In this document: positions 51,074 to 53,965 of the stretch, in pieces | Layout of the letters: each line of letters starts with the position of its first letter | Position numbering within the stretch: position 1 is the first letter of the stretch | Source: an uncultured Coriobacteriaceae bacterium | GTDB lineage: Bacteria > Actinomycetota > Coriobacteriia > Coriobacteriales > UMGS124 | NCBI GenBank assembly: GCA_964510125.1 | Contig: CAZEAF010000003.1 | Coordinates: forward strand, 2,039-56,003 | Direction: 5' to 3' | Length of the DNA: 53,965 bases | Notes under the pieces: generated by a model | What the model was told of the DNA's origin: nothing | The model's input: the letters and a program-made list of their open reading frames with translations, nothing else | The model's database searches: none | Translations under genes and position numbers: made by a program

Positions 51074-52336
51074 TCAGATGGTGAGCAGGGCCTCCACGAG
51101 CCTCTGAATCTTGTCCAGGTCGCCGGCGTGGATGTGCTCGCGGGGCGAGTGGGCCTCGCGCATGCCGTTGGAGATGACGATGCCCGGGATGCCGAAGGTG
51201 GCCACGACGTTGTTGTCGCTGCCGCCAAAGGTGGGAGCGCCGGACGCCTCAGGCAGGCCGCAGGCCTCGCAGGCCCGCCCGAAGAGCTCAATCACCGGGG
51301 AATCCAGCGGGGTCTTGTAGGCATGGCAGGCCTCGTGGACGCTAAGCGTGACCTTGCCGTCGAACTCGTGGGCCGCCTCCTGGAAGGCCTGGCGGACCTC
51401 TTCTATCTGGGCCTCGGCCTGCTCGTGCACGAAGCTGCGGACCTCGCCTCGGACGATGCAGGTGCCGGGGACGACGTTGTTGCCGCGCCCGCCTGTGATG
51501 ACGCCCACGTTAGCCGTGGTGTCCCCGTCGATGCGGCCGCTCTTGACGTTGTCGATGGCCCGGGCCGCAATCTTGATGGCGTTGACGCCGCGCTCGGGGT
51601 AAAAGCCCGCGTGGGCCGGCTTGCCCACGACGTCGGCCGTGTAGATGAGAATGGTGGGCGCCTGGTAGGCGAACTCGTTGGGGTCGGCCGAGTAGTCGAG
51701 CGTGTAGGACATGGTGGCCCGGCAGCGGGTGAAGTCGAAGGCGCGGGCGCCCACGTTGCCGGGCTCCTCGGCTACCATGCAGGCCAGCTCCACGGGGCGG
51801 TGGGCCCTCCCCTCGCGCTCCAGCCGGGCCGTGGCCGCCAGCATGACCGCGACGCCGCCCAGGTCGTCGGCGCCCAGGACTGTGTCGCCGGCGGAGGTGA
51901 TGGTGCCGTCCTCGTGCACGATAGCCCGCTTGCCGATGGCTGGGGCCACTGTGTCCAGGTGGGTCAGGAAGAGAATGGGGTCAGCGTCGGCCAGGTCGCC
52001 GCGGCCGGGCAGGGTGCCGAAAACGTTGCCGCAGTCGCTGCCGGTGTGGGCGAGCAGCTCCAGGACGCGCCGGGCCTCGGACAGGGACCGGTAGCGGTGG
52101 GTGTCAACCAGCTGGCGGACCACGCCGTCGTTGCGGCCCTGGGTCTGGTCCTGGTCAACCGCGTAGCCGATGGCGCGCATGCGGCGCATGACCTCCTCGG
52201 CCATCTCGTGCTCGTGGAAGGAGGGGGAGTCGATACGGACGAGCTCGCAGAAGACCCGCTCGACCTCGCTCAGCGCGTACCCGGGGGCCACCGTGTAGCC
52301 CGGGTCCTGACCCTGGACGCCCATAGCCTGTACCAT
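51074..52336 (-). CDS. M20/M25/M40 metallopeptidase (peptidase T-like)
   Basis: THLDTV, LGADD, AEE, GKPAHAG..PERGVNAI, GGSD, AHS. Confidence 0.9.
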   Translation of the reverse strand: MVQAMGVQGQDPGYTVAPGYALSEVERVFCELVRIDSPSFHEHEMAEEVMRRMRAIGYAVDQDQTQGRNDGVVRQLVDTHRYRSLSEARRVLELLAHTGSDCGNVFGTLPGRGDLADADPILFLTHLDTVAPAIGKRAIVHEDGTITSAGDTVLGADDLGGVAVMLAATARLEREGRAHRPVELACMVAEEPGNVGARAFDFTRCRATMSYTLDYSADPNEFAYQAPTILIYTADVVGKPAHAGFYPERGVNAIKIAARAIDNVKSGRIDGDTTANVGVITGGRGNNVVPGTCIVRGEVRSFVHEQAEAQIEEVRQAFQEAAHEFDGKVTLSVHEACHAYKTPLDSPVIELFGRACEACGLPEASGAPTFGGSDNNVVATFGIPGIVISNGMREAHSPREHIHAGDLDKIQRLVEALLTI

Positions 52337-52557
52337 TGCCCGAGCTCCTTTGCCCTTATACCGGCCTTGACCCGCCGCGTTGCCTGCGCCAGCCGAGGGT
52401 GGCGGCGCCCGTCAGAGGCCGCGGTGGGCCTCGCTGAAGAAACATACCACGTCCGACCCCGCCTTTTTGCCCGCCGTGACGGGACGCGCCCTCTCTCCAC
52501 GCCCTCCCCTCGCCTGCGGCCTATCATGCCAGGCGGCACCTTGCGCCCAGTGACCGC

Positions 52558-53802
52558 ATGACGATAGACAGGACGGCTGACCCCATGGAAGATTTCTCCG
52601 AGCTCTACTACCAGACCCCCTGCGTGCGCGCGTTCGACGCCCAGGTCGTGGCCTGCGAGGCATACAAGGACGGCGCTTTTGCCGTCGAGCTGTCGCAGAC
52701 GGCCTTCTACCCCGAGGGCGGCGGCCAGCCCGGCGACCGGGGCACCCTGGCCAACCTGGCCAAGCCCGACGACCCGGCCGTCAAGGTGACCGACACCCGC
52801 AAGCTGGGCGACCGGACCGTCTGCATCTGCTGCGCCGCCCTGCCCCTGGGAGCCCGGGTGCACGGGGTCCTCGACTGGTGCTGGCGCCGCGACAACATGG
52901 AGGCCCACACCGGCGAGCACATCGTGTCGGGCCTGGTCCACAAGGCATTCGGCTATGACAACATCGGCTTCCACATGGGCACCGAGTGCATAGAGGTCGA
53001 CTTCTCAGGCCCCATCGAGCCGGAGCAGATTCTGGAGATCGAGCAGAGGGCCAACGAGGCCGTGCGGGCCGACCTGCCGGTCCGTGAGCTCCTGCCCGGG
53101 CCGGGGGAGCTGGCGGGCATGGACTACCGCAGCAAGAAGGAGCTGGCCGGCCAGGTGCGCCTGGTGGAGATTCCCGGCGTCGACCTGTGCGCCTGCTGCG
53201 GCACCCATGTCGAGACGACCGGCCAGGTGGGCCTCATCAAGGTCCTGGGCATCACCAGCAAAAAGGGCGGCACCCGCGTGGAGATGCTCTGCGGCCGCCG
53301 GGCCCTTTTGGCCTACGAGGACGAGATGGCCCAGTTCCGTCGCATCGGGACGCTGCTCTCGGCCAAGCCGGGCGAGGTGGCCGACGCCGCCCAGCGCCTG
53401 TGGGACGAGAAGCTCGAGCTCAAGCGTCAGCTGGCCGAGGCCGTGCGCGCACGCCTAAGCCTCGAAATCGCCGCCCTGCCCGAGGGCCGGGACCTGGCCG
53501 TCCTTGTGGAGCCCGGCCTTTCCATCGAGGACCTGCGCTATGTGTGCAACACCGCCCTCGAGACCGGCAGGGCCGCCACCTGCGCCGCCCTCTCCCCTGC
53601 CGGCGAGGCCCCCGCCGACAGCGCCACGGCCGCTAAGTACAACTATGTGCTGGCCAGCAGCTCCCGCGACCTGCGTGACGTGGCCAAACCCCTGAACGAG
53701 CGCCTGGGCGGGCGGGGCGGTGGCAGGCCCGAGATGGTGCAGGGCTCCTACCAGGCCAACGAGGACGACATTCGGGCCGCCCTGGCCGAGATTCTGGCTT
53801 AG
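52558..53802 (+). CDS. Alanyl-tRNA editing protein (AlaX) with C-terminal DHHA1 domain
   Basis: FYPEGGGQPGD, HTGEH (HxxxH), CCGTH (CxxxH), GGRGGG..MVQG; start may be 52585. Confidence 0.9.
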   Translation: MTIDRTADPMEDFSELYYQTPCVRAFDAQVVACEAYKDGAFAVELSQTAFYPEGGGQPGDRGTLANLAKPDDPAVKVTDTRKLGDRTVCICCAALPLGARVHGVLDWCWRRDNMEAHTGEHIVSGLVHKAFGYDNIGFHMGTECIEVDFSGPIEPEQILEIEQRANEAVRADLPVRELLPGPGELAGMDYRSKKELAGQVRLVEIPGVDLCACCGTHVETTGQVGLIKVLGITSKKGGTRVEMLCGRRALLAYEDEMAQFRRIGTLLSAKPGEVADAAQRLWDEKLELKRQLAEAVRARLSLEIAALPEGRDLAVLVEPGLSIEDLRYVCNTALETGRAATCAALSPAGEAPADSATAAKYNYVLASSSRDLRDVAKPLNERLGGRGGGRPEMVQGSYQANEDDIRAALAEILA

Positions 53803-53875
53803 CGAACCCGCGCCCCCGCCCCCGCTCACGCGACCCGGCAGCCGGAGGCAGGACCGCGGCGCGTTACCGTCACAC

Positions 53876-53911
53876 AAAAAAGGCCGGGCAGCCGCTAGCC
53901 TGCCCGGCCTT
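53876..53911 (-). terminator. Hairpin terminator, probably for a convergent gene outside the window (possibly bidirectional)
   Basis: AAGGCCGGGCAG/CTGCCCGGCCTT with A-run on its left. Confidence 0.6.
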
Positions 53912-53965
53912 GCAAGCGCGCGGGCTATTGCTGGCCCGTGCTGACGTCCGCGCCTTCCGTGACAG

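Overview
GC-rich bacterial chromosome segment. It is probably from a Coriobacteriia (Atopobium/Olsenella-like) actinobacterium; this is inferred from the actinobacterial-type beta' N-terminal insert combined with Bacillus-like gene order. Almost all genes are on the minus strand. In transcription order they are: M20 peptidase, hisS, an opp/dpp-type ABC transporter, clpC-ispD-ispF-cysS-rlmB-NYN(rae1)-membrane protein, four tRNAs, tuf, rpmG-tRNA-Trp-secE-nusG-rplKAJL, an interposed MurE-type ligase, rpoB-rpoC, rpsL-rpsG-fusA-rpsJ, and the full S10-spc-alpha cluster through a truncated rplQ. One AlaX editing protein lies on the plus strand at the right end. No mobile elements, prophage or CRISPR were seen. 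The most striking signal is in RNA polymerase. Beta' carries a ~240-aa C-terminal extension containing an alpha-CTD-like domain (21/51 identical, ungapped, to this genome's own RpoA CTD) followed by a very acidic tail. The catalytic centre also appears remodelled: a ~24-aa F-loop insertion, divergent bridge helix and trigger helix, and an 8-aa fork-loop-2 insertion with CRE-pocket changes in beta. Other notable items are a Cys/His-rich tail on HisS, a Tat-type SBP with no lipobox, and terminator-like hairpins inside the ribosomal superoperon.
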